Positions 50,448 to 61,867 of a stretch of 64,000 bases of DNA are shown piece after piece. Under the pieces are notes generated by a model that had not been told where the DNA came from, did not search any database, and saw only the letters and a program-made list of their open reading frames with translations. Position 1 is the stretch's first letter; each line of letters opens with the position of its first letter. The translations under genes and the position numbers were made by a program. The stretch is from Hemiscyllium ocellatum (lineage: Eukaryota), in contig NW_026867531.1 in the NCBI RefSeq assembly GCF_020745735.1, positions 372,001 to 436,000 of the forward strand, read 5' to 3'.

Positions 50448-51956
50448 AAAAGGAAACCATGTCATCTTGTGTAGACACACAAGTGCATCAAATCATTTTC
50501 AATTCTTCCAGTGGTTGTTTGAATCTCTAGACAGGTGTGGAAGTGTCAGACTTTTTATATCGCCTTGAGAAACCAGTTGTCATCAGTTTATTTGAATTGC
50601 TGAAGTTTGTGTGGTATTAGCACATTCACAGCGCTGTTAGGAAGTGAGTCCCATGGCTGTGATTGAGGAAGAGGAAACGGGCAGGGAAATAGTTGAGAGT
50701 CAAGTTGAAGTCTGATTTGGAGGCAAGCTTTACATGCATGTGTGCCCTTATCCTCAAGGATCACAATTTTGGAACATGCTGCCGAAGGGACATGTCAGCA
50801 TGCAAAATGGAAGCTGAAGAAGGCATCTCGGCCTCTCTAGAAGGCTATTCCATTCATGGGATCATGATTAATCTTGCTGCTCACCAGTTTTCCCAACACT
50901 CGATAACATTGAACCTGATTGTTTCCTGTTCAACAAAACAATGGTGAATTCTTTTGGAATTCTCCACCACAGAAATTCATAGATTCAAGACTCATCGATT
51001 CTTGAAAGCGTTGTCTCAAGTACCTAGTGTGTTGAAGGTGTTTGGCACATGTACCTTCATTGGTCAGAGCACTGAGTGCAGGAGTTAGGGCTTCATGTTG
51101 TAACTGTCCAAAACATTGGAATGAACTGCCAGAGGAAGCGGGAAGTGCAGAGATCGGTCCCACATTGAGAAGACATTTGAACAGCTACAGGAACTGGATC
51201 GGTCTGGATGGATATGGGCCAAAGGCAGGCAAGTGGAATGAGTTTAATTTGGGAACTCTGGTCAGCATGGCTGGGCTGGACCAAAGGAACTGTTTCTGTG
51301 CTGTACGACTTTATGTCTCACTGACTTTATGGTGGAGGAGGCTTAAAGTTGGAAGGTGGTGAGCAAGTGAGGGGCTAGATTGGACATGTGGGAGAGTTTG
51401 GGCTGGTAGGCTGGTAGGCTGGCTGCTGGGTAAGCTTGCGTGCACTCTGTCTGGCAAAAGGTGGCATCAAGGTAAATGGTAATGGTCACAGGATAATTTG
51501 GTTGAATTGTGCTTGGTAGGTGAGGGGTAGTTTGAGCTGAAATGCAGGAGGTCTGTCTTTGCCAGGCTGGTTTATGGAGAGGTGGGCAGGATGCCAGGCT
51601 GGTTAGTGTAGAGGTGGGCAGAGTGCCAGGATGTTTCGGGGGTGGAAGGTCACTGGAATGAAGTGACAGGTGGACGTGTTGTCAAAATGCAAAGCTCGGA
51701 GTCTGGCAAAATGGTAGGTTGTAAAGCACAGATGCCAGCGGAGCTAGGATGCAATGTGCACAGGTTGTCTTGGGTAAGATGAGAGGTCAGTGATCAAGGG
51801 CTGAGGTCATGTCTTGGGTAGTGGGCTTTTGTCAGAGGTTGTGAAAATGATGGTGCCAGGTCCAGTCAGGGCCAGATTCGCTATGGGCCAGGTGCAGGAT
51901 GGCAGGAGTGTAAATGACTGAAAGGGATTGAGATCATATGTCCATCTGGAATATAG

Positions 51957-52625
51957 AATATAGAACATTACAGTGCAGTACAGGTCCTTCAGCCCTCGAT
52001 GTTGCGCTGACCTGTGGAACCAATCTGAAGCCTATCTATCCTACACTATTCCATTTTCATCCATATGTTTATCCAATGACCTTTTAAATGCCCTTAAAGT
52101 TGGCGAGTGTACTATTGTTGCAGGCAGTGCGTTCCATGGCCCTACTACTCTCTGAGTAAAGAAACAACCTCTGACATCTGTCATCTATGTCCTCTCCTGC
52201 TAGCCATCACTATTCAAGGAAAAAAACTTTCACTGTCCACCCTCTGTTTATCTTTTATGTCTCAATTAAGTCACCTCTCAACCTTCTTCTCTCAAACAAA
52301 AACAGCCTCAAGACCCTCATCCTTTCCTCATTAAACCTTCCCGCCATACCAAACAACATCCTGGTAAACCTCCTCTGAACTCTTCCAAAGCTTCCACATT
52401 CTCTCTATAATGTGGTGACCAGAACAGTACACAATACTCCAAGTGTAGCCACACCAGAGTTTTGTCCAGCTGCAACCTAACCTCATGGTTCTGAAACTCA
52501 GTCCCTCTATCGATGAAAGCCAGCACAAAGTATGCCTTCTTAACAACTCTATCAAACTGGCTGGCAACTTTTAGGGATCTATGTACATGGGCACCGAGAT
52601 CTCTCTGCTCAGCTACACTACCAAT
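51957..52625 (-). mobile_element. CR1 3' fragment with (AGAATAT/AGAACAT)n tail
   Basis: Reverse complement of the CR1 3' end; translated LVWLHLEYCVLFWSPHY. Confidence 0.88.
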
Positions 52626-53016
52626 ATGGATTGCCTTGGATGTGTTTTGTGTGATAGGGGTTGTGTGTTCCGGGCATGAATGGGTGTATAGCAGGGTAGG
52701 GTTTGTCAATGTGAGTGGAAATTTAGGTCTAGGCAGAGTAAGTGCAGTGGTTAGTCTGAGAGATGAGGTTTGGTGGTGAACTGCGTATCAGTTTGATAGT
52801 TATTAAAGTTAAAGATTACTTGTTCATTTCTCAAATCATATTTACGTAAATACTCAGCTGTAACAGTCCAAAGTCTCTGAACCTTAATGGTCCTCCATTT
52901 TTCAGAGGCCGCCAGAATTCAGATCATTGTAAATGAGATGTTTCAACTTCCAGCCAATTGGCCTGAGTTCAGCCGTGACAGCCATCCTCCCCGTCCCAGT
53001 GCTCAGCTCCTGCCTG

Positions 53017-53017
<1 letters not shown>

Positions 53018-53050
<33 letters not shown>
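53018..53050. repeat. (GCT)11 trinucleotide microsatellite
   Basis: Perfect 33-bp run. Confidence 0.95.
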
Positions 53051-53052
<2 letters not shown>

Positions 53053-53099
53053 GACCTTCCTCCCAGAGAGAACATTCTGCCTTGCAGTGATAAGTGAGG

Positions 53100-53412
53100 A
53101 AGGCTCACTGGACCTGATTTCCAAGTATGGGGACGGCAAACACGAGGGGACACAACTTTAAAGTGAGGGGAGATAGGTATAAGACAGATGGCAGAGGTAG
53201 TTTCTTTACTCATTGAGTAGTAAGTGTATGGAATGCTTTGCCTGCAACGGGCGTAGATTTGCCAAGTTTAAATACATTTAAGTTGTCATTGGACAGGCAT
53301 ATGGATGTACATGGAATAGTGTAGGTGGGATGGGCTTCATATTAGTATGTCAGAGCAGCGCAACATCGAGGGCCAAAGGGCCTGTACTGCCCTGTACTGT
53401 TCTATGTTCTAT
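53100..53412 (+). mobile_element. CR1 3'-terminal fragment
   Basis: Matches 5830-6140 and ends in a TGTTCTATGTTCTATG tail. Confidence 0.85.
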
Positions 53413-53480
53413 GATTCACTCTGATTTCTCTCCGGGGGTACTGCCAGCTGTTGGGTATTTCCAGCAGCAGGGTACCTAGT

Positions 53481-53795
53481 GGGGCGGCATGCTGGTTCCG
53501 TGGTTAGCGCTGCTGCCTCACAGTGCTAGGGACTCGGGTTCCATTCCAGCCTCGGGTGACTGTCTGTGGAGTTGGCACTTCCTCCCCATATCTGTCTGCA
53601 TTTTCTTCCACAGTCCAAAGATGTACAAGCTGGGGAAATTGCAAATGTTGTGTTCAGTGATTGGGAGGTTAGGTGCATTAGTCAGGGTTAACTGTAGCAT
53701 AATAGGGTTGGGGAATGGGTCTGGATGTGTTTCTTTTCAGAGGGTGGGTGTGGACTTGTTGGGCCAAATGGCCTGTTTGTCTACACTGTAGAATT
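53481..53795 (+). mobile_element. V-SINE (HE1-like), degenerate
   Basis: tRNA-like head, GGGTTCCATTCC B-box, V-domain and shared tail. Confidence 0.8.
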
Positions 53796-54141
53796 TCAAT
53801 GAATCTGCATTTCCTTGGTTTGTATTTTGTGAAACTTCTCTGCTCTTCACAGCAATCCAATGAAAGTGTCAGTTGGTGAGATCTTCAAACAGTTCCTGGG
53901 GTGGGATCAGGATGTTCTTCTTCCTAAATGATATGGCAATGTTCAAGGTCGAGGGCATGTTCCTAAAGAGGGAACCAATGATCATGATCAGCAACTGGTA
54001 GGAAACAAAAATAAACTCCAGTTATGCTGTAGACTTCAGCGGGAGCATACTGGCAAACGGTTACAGCTGAGGATACATTTGAGTAACTGATAAGGTCAAA
54101 TTAACAGAAACTAACATGCTCAATTGGTCATTCTATTGTAG

Positions 54142-54450
54142 AGACACCATCTCCCCCCACGCTTTATGGCCTGGTCTCCTCCTGTGAGGGGCACAACACC
54201 GATTCGACAATCTTTGGTTGTTTGGTGATGGACTATTCCCCTGACGTCACCAAGGTAACCTGGAAGAAAGGTGGGGAGCTAATCACGGATGGATTGAAGA
54301 CTTACCCATCAGTGAGAAACAAGAAGGGAACCTACACCCTGAGCAGCCAGTTAACCCTGCCCGGGTCAGCGGTAGATTGCCCCAGCAAAATCTACTGTGA
54401 GGTTGAACACAGCGGGTCACACTCACACAAGAGCAAAGAAATGCCATGTG
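54142..54450 (+). CDS. IGHM: IgM Cmu1 exon ([E][14 protein letters not shown]...[10 protein letters not shown]...W...IYCEVEH...KEMPC)
   Basis: Acceptor TTGTAG| at 54141, open C1-set domain, and donor G|GTACGT at 54451; phase 1 on both sides. Confidence 0.93.
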
Positions 54451-54699
54451 GTACGTATTGTGGGAACTGAGATAAACAGAGCATCTGGGATTAATATGAA
54501 TAAGGCATTATTTATAACCATTTTCACAGAATCACCTTATACAGCACAGGAAAAAAGGCCCTTTGATCCATCCAGTTTACGCCTGTCAATAACAGCCACC
54601 TAACTATTCCAGTCCCATGTGCCAGCACATGATCCATTGCCTTGTGTGACTTGCCCTTGCAAGGATGCATCTCAATACTTCATACTTATTATGAGGGGC

Positions 54700-57480
54700 T
54701 CAGTTTCTACATGACTTATAGGTGCTGAGCTCCAGGCTAACACCACCCTCTGTTTGATTTTGTTTTCCCCTGAGATCCACTTGGAACCTCCTGGCCTTAC
54801 CTTCACCCTGTGCCCCTGAGGCATTGATCTCTCCATCAAGGGGAAAGGTTTGATCCAGTTTACCCAGTCTATGCCTAAAATAATTCTAGACATCATGATA
54901 ATCTTCTCCCTAACTCTCCTCTGCTCCAAGGAAAACCCCTGTCTATCTCATCTAGTTTCATAACTAAAACCCTCCAACCCAGGCAAGATCCTGGCAAATC
55001 TCATCAATACTGCCTTCAGTGTAATGTAATCACATTCCTTCGATAACATGCACACAACGCTTCAATATGGCCTAACCAGTGTTCTATTAAGTTCCAGTAT
55101 CATCTCCCTATTCTTCATTGTCAATGTCTAGGCTAATAAAAGCAAATATCCTCCCACCTTCTTAGTCTCTTTATCCAGACGACACAGTACTATAGGGGAT
55201 CGGTGGGTACATGCACCAAAGATCCTCAGGCCTTTCCAGGGTTCCACCATTCAAAATGTCATACCTCACAGATTCTTCTGCCGAATTCCATCACCTTACA
55301 TTTATCCAGAATAATTTCCATTTGCAACTTCTCTTCACATACAACCAACTCTTTTATATCCTCCTGCAATCTAAAGCCATAATGCTCATGACTTACCAAC
55401 ATGACAGTTTTCATTTCATCTGTGAATTCACTGGTTAATCCTCCTAAATTTGAGTCTCAATCATTGGTATGTCAGAGAAATAACATGGAAATCAACACCA
55501 ATCCCTACAGAACACCAGGAGACATAGATTTCCAGTCACGCAGATACCCGATGACTATTATCCCCTGCTCCCATCACTCAGGCAGTTCGAGATCCAATCT
55601 GTCAAATTAACTCGGATCCCATTGGCTCTGATTATTGCTATCATCTGTACATCGAGTTATCTCTCTGAAAACTACTATCAAATTGTTACACATGACTTTC
55701 TCTCAATAAAACCGTGCTGAAAATTGTTGATTTATCTTCCAAATGAAGACTAATTTCACTTTTCAATAGTTTCCCTACCACTGTGACTAGCTTGACAGAT
55801 CTGTGTTTTCATTATTTACCCCTTACTTTGTCCTGCGTAACAGTGCAACGTTGGCTGATCTACACTCACTTGGCACAACTGCTGTGGCCAGGCAGTAATT
55901 CTAAATTATTGTCAGCGACCCAACTATTTCATCCTTTGCATCGCTCAACCGCTTGGTATACTTTTCATCTGCCCTGGAAATATAACCACTTTTCATTCAT
56001 CAAGACAACACAGAAGATCACATCATGTGTCCTAATTTCTGAAAGTACATCACAACACCCCTCCATGATTTCTGTCCCCACATTGTCCGTCTTACTAGTG
56101 AACACTGACACAACACATTCGTTTTGACCACAACCTAATCCTTCGGCTCCACTCCAATAATAACACTTAATGGGCATTACTGTTTCCCGAATCATTCTTT
56201 TATTATGAATGAGCCTGTAACTTTTAAAAATATTTTCCTTTATTTTGACTGCTATTATTTTCTCATGGTCCCCTTTGCTCTTCTAATTCCTTTGTCTTTC
56301 AAACTCCCCCTTGCACGTTCTGTACTCCAGACTAATTTCTATTGTTTTGAGATTTCAGTATAGACCGGAAGCCTCCCTTGTTTCTCTTTATCTCACCCTC
56401 CATGCCCTTTGGTGTCCAGAGCCCGCTACATTCTTGGTCCCATTCAGTGGGTTCCTGGGAAATGTCCTCCCTGTGATTTTCCTATCTCTTTCTTAAATGT
56501 GTCACACTGCTCTGACTCAGATTTACCAATAAGTGTCAGCTTCCAATCCACTCTGGTTAAGTCATTACCTGATCTTACTAAAATTGTCCTTCCCCTTTTC
56601 AGAACTTTGGGACAATTTCTATTCCGTTGCAGTACAATCTGAAATCCAACTGATTTACGATCACTGTCTGCAAAGTGCACCACCATTGATGTTTTACCCA
56701 CTGGGTCGACTTCATTTCCAAAAGTTAAGTCCAGGTTCACCCCTTTCTTGCAAGGTCTGGATTAAAATTCTCTGTATTAACACATACTTTGTTAAAATAT
56801 TCTCCTGGGGGCATTTTCAGAATTGTGCTCCCTCTCAACTTTTGACACAATGAATATCCAAGCCTATTCTGAGGAAGTTAAAAACCTCTTTTCTCAATCC
56901 CCTATTTAATTTACATTTCTCTGAAATTTGCCCATGTATTTGCACTTGGTCTTTTGGACCTATAGTACGGTCTATCGTGTTCTCCCAGTAGTGATGTTTG
57001 CTGGATTTTGGTTTTGAGGTACTGTCCATTTGCCTTTGTTCGAGGAGGTATCCATTATTTCATTTCTATTTACAGCCTAAAATACTCTTGTCAGAATTGT
57101 GACAGAAGCAACATTCTGTGCCGCAAACCCCCGCCGCTATCCTTTTCCATCTTTCCCTGTCTCGCCTGAAGGCACTAAATCCTGGAATATTGAATAGCCA
57201 CTCCTGCCCATCTCTCAATATGTCTCCGTGATAGCAACCGCATCATTTCCTCATTTATGGCGGTAATTCATCTGCCTTGTTCATCAGACTCTGTCATTAA
57301 AACGAATACCATCCAACATTGCTATCTCCCTTCTGATGTTACCGGTCTACAGTTTCTATGCCTCCTTGACTCCCTTGCTGTGTCCTATAATTTTAGCCTT
57401 TCACATTGTCCTGATGATCTTTCTGTGTGGATCCCAGCTTCTCCAGCACTCTGCACAATTATGATTCTTGTATCCATTAA
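54700..57480 (-). mobile_element. Patchwork of old CR1 fragments in the Cmu1-Cmu2 intron
   Basis: Minus-strand remnants (NLDLTFGNEVDP...HFADSDRKSVGF; RVREKIIMMSRIILGIDWV). Boundaries are approximate. Confidence 0.55.
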
Positions 57481-57562
57481 CCACAAGAAACCTTGATATA
57501 TGAGAACTGATTGTATTTGTTATGAAATTCATCAGATAATTTATGCGATGTGTTTCCTAAAG

Positions 57563-57874
57563 GTAGAGGTCCTCTCCCACCAACTCTTCTCCTAACTGTG
57601 AGCTCCAGTGAAGAAATCGCAAGCAGCAAGTTTGCAACCATTGTCTGTTCAATCATCAATTTCCATCCGAAGTCAATCTCCGTGAGTTGGTTGAAAAATG
57701 GCCGACTCTTGGATTCTGGCTTCTTCATGTCTCCCGTGTGTGAGGCGAACGGGAACTTCTCGGTGACGAGTCGGCTGATGGTCCCTTATGGTGAATGGTA
57801 CAACAGCGCAGTCTATACCTGCCAGGTCACTCATGAAGACAACATTCAAAGTAAAAACATCACCGCACTCCAGG
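57563..57874 (+). CDS. IGHM: IgM Cmu2 exon ([G][17 protein letters not shown]...C...W...[20 protein letters not shown])
   Basis: Acceptor CCTAAAG|, donor G|GTAAGA at 57875, and canonical Cys/Trp/Cys. Confidence 0.93.
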
Positions 57875-59843
57875 GTAAGAGACACATACTGAGAGAGCTA
57901 CAAATCACTCTGAACTCTGATGTGAATCAAACACACTAATTTATCAGGCGTAGTAAACAGCAAGGTACAGCTTCTCGTTTCCCCACATGTCACGTATCTC
58001 ATTTCGGTTTGAGTGTTACATTAGCATTGCTCATAATTCAACATTTTGGCAAGTCAGAAAAGCATGTTTCCTCTCTGTTGAAGATAGATATATAGACAGT
58101 GAGCTTTGTTAAATAGTTTGTTGCCTGACCTTGCTGGGAGAGGCATTCAGAGTGCTGAATCCTTGCCTGGTAGTGGCTTCAAGGATAAGTTTGGGGGTGG
58201 AGGGGAATATTGGAGAGATATCTAATTGAAACATAAAAAATACTGAGAGACTGAGGTCGAGTGAACGTGGAATAGACGTTTTGACTGGTAGGCGAGACTA
58301 GGACCTAAGGGCACAGTCTCAGGGTCAAAGGGGCACCGTTTAGAACTGAGATGGGGAGGAATTTCTTCAGCCAGAGGGTGATGAATCTGTGGAACTTGTT
58401 GCTGCAGAGGGCTGTGGAGACCAGGCCATTGTGTATATTCAAGCCAGAGATAGTTCGGCTCTTGTTTCGTGTGGGGAGAAGACAGTAGAATGGCTTTAGC
58501 CCGAAACGTCGGTTTTCCTGCTCGTCGGATGCTGCCTGACCTGCTGTGCTTTTCCAGCATCATTCTGACCTAAACTCTGGATTGGCCGAACAGCCTTATT
58601 CTGATCCTCTATCTTATGATGATGTGGTCTCAAAATGACGTGGTTAAAATATGCAGTGACCCTTACTTGAAAGTAAATCAGAATGCGTTCAATGCTTCAT
58701 TCCCTGATCAGGAATGACCTGTTGGCCTTGGACATTGTACGACATCGATTTTTATCTGGTACTGAGCTCTTTAACTACATTTATGGGATCAGACCACAGA
58801 CCAAGTGGGTATCACATTTGATGAACTGGGATAAACGTGGTCTCACTGAGCTTCTTTAAGATGCTCTCTGTAAGTAGTGGATGAGGCAGGAGAATAAATT
58901 CTGGTAAGAATGCTACAAAAGGGATGAATGAACGAGGAACTCGAGACAGGCTGATTTAGCCTGGTTTAGGGTGGTGATGTTTACACAGTGGGTAGTGGAT
59001 GTCTGTAATATTAGTGTACATTTCCATCACGTTTGTAGATTAATTTAAGACGTTTTTGTTTGTTTTTTTTCTCCCCTGCTCTATGAAGAAATTTTTAAAA
59101 TGCAGCTTGGTAAATAAAGTGAAAGTACAGACCAGTCATGAACGAACTGAATGGAGGGAAAGACTTAAGGAGATGGGTGTCCTTCTCGATATCCAATGCT
59201 GTACTCAGTGCCTTGTTTTCAGATCTACTCCAAACGCAGCCCACGAGGAACAATGACATAAATTAGAGAATGACATCACACCAATAACGCAAAGTATTTT
59301 TGATCACGTTAAATATAATGAACAGAATTTCCATGGCTATTCACCGCTCCTGTAACACTTTAGAACTCTGCAAAGAGAATAATTATTATTTATTATAATT
59401 TGTCCGAAATTTGGGATGTGATTTAGCAGTCAGCGTGACCAGCAGCACTTACACCTAAGGGTTATGAACATGGAATTGAACTCATTATATTCAGATTACT
59501 CTTGTCACAAGTATCAATAGATGGTCTTAAGTGAGAGACAAACTCTGAAAGAAAGGTAATTCCATGGGTTACATAATGGTATCTTCGATGATTTTACTTT
59601 TTTCACAGGTGTCACTTGTTACAAAGCCAGTGTTCTTTAGGAATAATGACACAGGGTATGTCATAGGTAATCACAAATGCTTTCACAAATCAAAATACAT
59701 CAACAATAGTAAGCATCGTTTCAGCAATGGTTGGAGTTGCCATTTTGAAGGTGGTGTCTTCACCCTGTGAAGAAGTAATCTGAAGATTGGGTGTTTGTAT
59801 CATAAAGGGGCATTTTTCATTGACTTTGATTTTTGTTTCATAG

Positions 59844-60152
59844 AAGATACCGAGTGCCACCCTAACACCGTTAAAATCCTCCCACCGCCAGTAGAACAAG
59901 TCTTACTGGAGGCGACAGTGACGTTAACCTGCGTTGTGTCCAATCTTCCTTCTGGAGTCAACGTGACCTGGAAACAAGAAAAGAAGCCTCTGAAATCAGA
60001 GATTGCTGACCAGCCTGGACAGAATCCCGACAGCGTGATCAGCAAATTAGACATTTCTACTGAAGCCTGGCTGAGTGGCGTTACTTTTGAATGTGTGGTG
60101 TACCATCAGAATCTACCGACTCCGCTGAGAGACTCCATCCACAAGGAGAAAG
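59844..60152 (+). CDS. IGHM: IgM Cmu3 exon ([E][15 protein letters not shown]...[22 protein letters not shown])
   Basis: Acceptor TTTCATAG|, donor G|GTGAGC at 60153, and canonical C1-set motifs. Confidence 0.93.
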
Positions 60153-60600
60153 GTGAGCGGTGAGATTAAAACACAAAGCATCCCATGTGGAATCCAGATC
60201 CAGTTACATCAATGGCAGGCTTTCACTGGTAATGAACAAAAACCGTTGGGAGCATTAATGATGCATCTGAAGGCAGGATAGCTAAGTAGCTGATTAAGAA
60301 AAAGATGGACCAAAGGATATTGTATTCTGATTAAGTCAGATAAGGTGGGAAGTAACCTGGGTTGTGATGTCACCATCAGCAATGACAGTTGGACAGAATG
60401 CCCTTGTTGTGGGCTGGAAACATGGAGGCAACTTTCACTTTACTTTTTTTACTGAACAGAATGTGTACCATACTGCTCCTTTAGAAAAGGAAAGTGAATA
60501 AATCCCAAATTTAAAATGACGTATTTTAATATTGAGTGAAATTGTGATATTGGTTCAGGATGCTTTTGGTTGATTTATATTTGTCTCAAATATTCTGCAG

Positions 60601-60992
60601 TGATTAATCCGCTGGAGCCATCAGTGTCGGTCCTCCTGCCACCAACAGAAGAAATCTCCGCTCAGAGGTTTCTCTCCCTCACCTGTTTAGTGAGAGGTTT
60701 CTCCCCCCGAGAGATCTTCGTCAAGTGGACAAACAATGACAAGCCGGTGAATCCCAGTAACTACAAGAACACCGAGGTGATGGCGGAGAGTGACAACACT
60801 TCCTTCTTCATCTACAGCCTGTTATCCATTACAGCGGAGGAGTGGGCCAGCGGTGCTTCTTACTCCTGTGTGGTGGGACATGAAGCGATTCCATTGAAGA
60901 TCATCAACAGAACAGTCGATAAATCCAGCGGTAAACCGAGTTTCGTAAACATTTCACTTGCACTGATGGACACTGTTAATTCATGTCAATAA
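60601..60992 (+). CDS. IGHM: IgM Cmu4 exon + secretory tailpiece (...[25 protein letters not shown])
   Basis: Acceptor TTCTGCAG|, tailpiece with NIS glycosylation site and penultimate Cys, and stop TAA at 60990-60992. Confidence 0.95.
60930..60936 (+). promoter_or_regulatory. Internal Cmu4 splice donor (G|GTAAAC) for the membrane-form TM exons (TM exons not recognised in the window)
   Basis: The position at the S-S-G|K boundary before the tailpiece is the conserved secreted/membrane alternative donor in IgM genes. Confidence 0.85.
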
Positions 60993-61034
60993 AAATCTCA
61001 AAGTTGCATTTAATAATTCAACAGAAGTAATAAA
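60988..61034 (+). terminator. Secretory-form polyadenylation signals (AATAAA 60988-60993 overlapping the stop; AATAAA 61029-61034)
   Basis: Two canonical hexamers followed by a T/GT-rich downstream sequence. Confidence 0.75.
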
Positions 61035-61867
61035 GTTTCTTTTCCCTCCAGTTGTGAGGTAAATACTGAATGAGTTGTTTCTCACTCTGACTTACATTAC
61101 ATCGGTGTAGTTAAAGTGGGTTATTAACAGGTCTAGGACAAGGGTCTTGTGCAGTTAATGTTCTCTGCTCAGATACACCCTGGGTCAGAGACAGAGTAAA
61201 GCTCACTCATTGCAGGATTCCACCAAGTACCTTATCCATCCTAAATCCCTCTGTGACAAAATCTGACACTGTCCATTTTATGTCAAGGGTAGAGCACGAG
61301 GTTTGAACTTGGTGTTCTTGATTCCCCTGATTGGACATTCTAACAAAATTCATGTCAGTTTTCAACTGCCACATTGCACCAATTGGAAATGTAAATTTAA
61401 GACACTTTAAAATTAAATTTGATTGGAACATACCAATCGTAAAGAGTGCAGAACAGTTTGAATGTAACCTTTGTTTCTGGGGAACTGCCAGGGATCTTGC
61501 GCCAGCGCATGAGTTGACAGAATGTATCTTCACTTTCACACCAAAGAGAATCGACAGATAAGTTGTCGTGGAGCAGAGGGGAGGGGAACGATGAATGGTC
61601 TGTCCTCTTGCTCCCTGTGCAGAGTTTTCATGGTCGATGTCCTCTGTAATGTAACCCCGTTACTAACAGGAACAGTCAGCTTCTTGCTTACTGTCCAAAG
61701 ATTGAACATTTCCATGCAAAATAATACCTTTGAAACATGTTGGACACGCTTGGCTCTGTTAACAAATGATTAACATCGATTCCCATAATCCAAAACTGGT
61801 GTTTGCATTGTCCCGGTTTGAATTCCATAGTTTTGTCTCAGTTTTCTGGAGCACATGGGATCAATTA

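Noticed and set aside
61000-61867. IgM transmembrane exons downstream of Cmu4
   Set aside because: No CART-type hydrophobic TM exon was found before the LINE. The TM exons presumably lie beyond the window.
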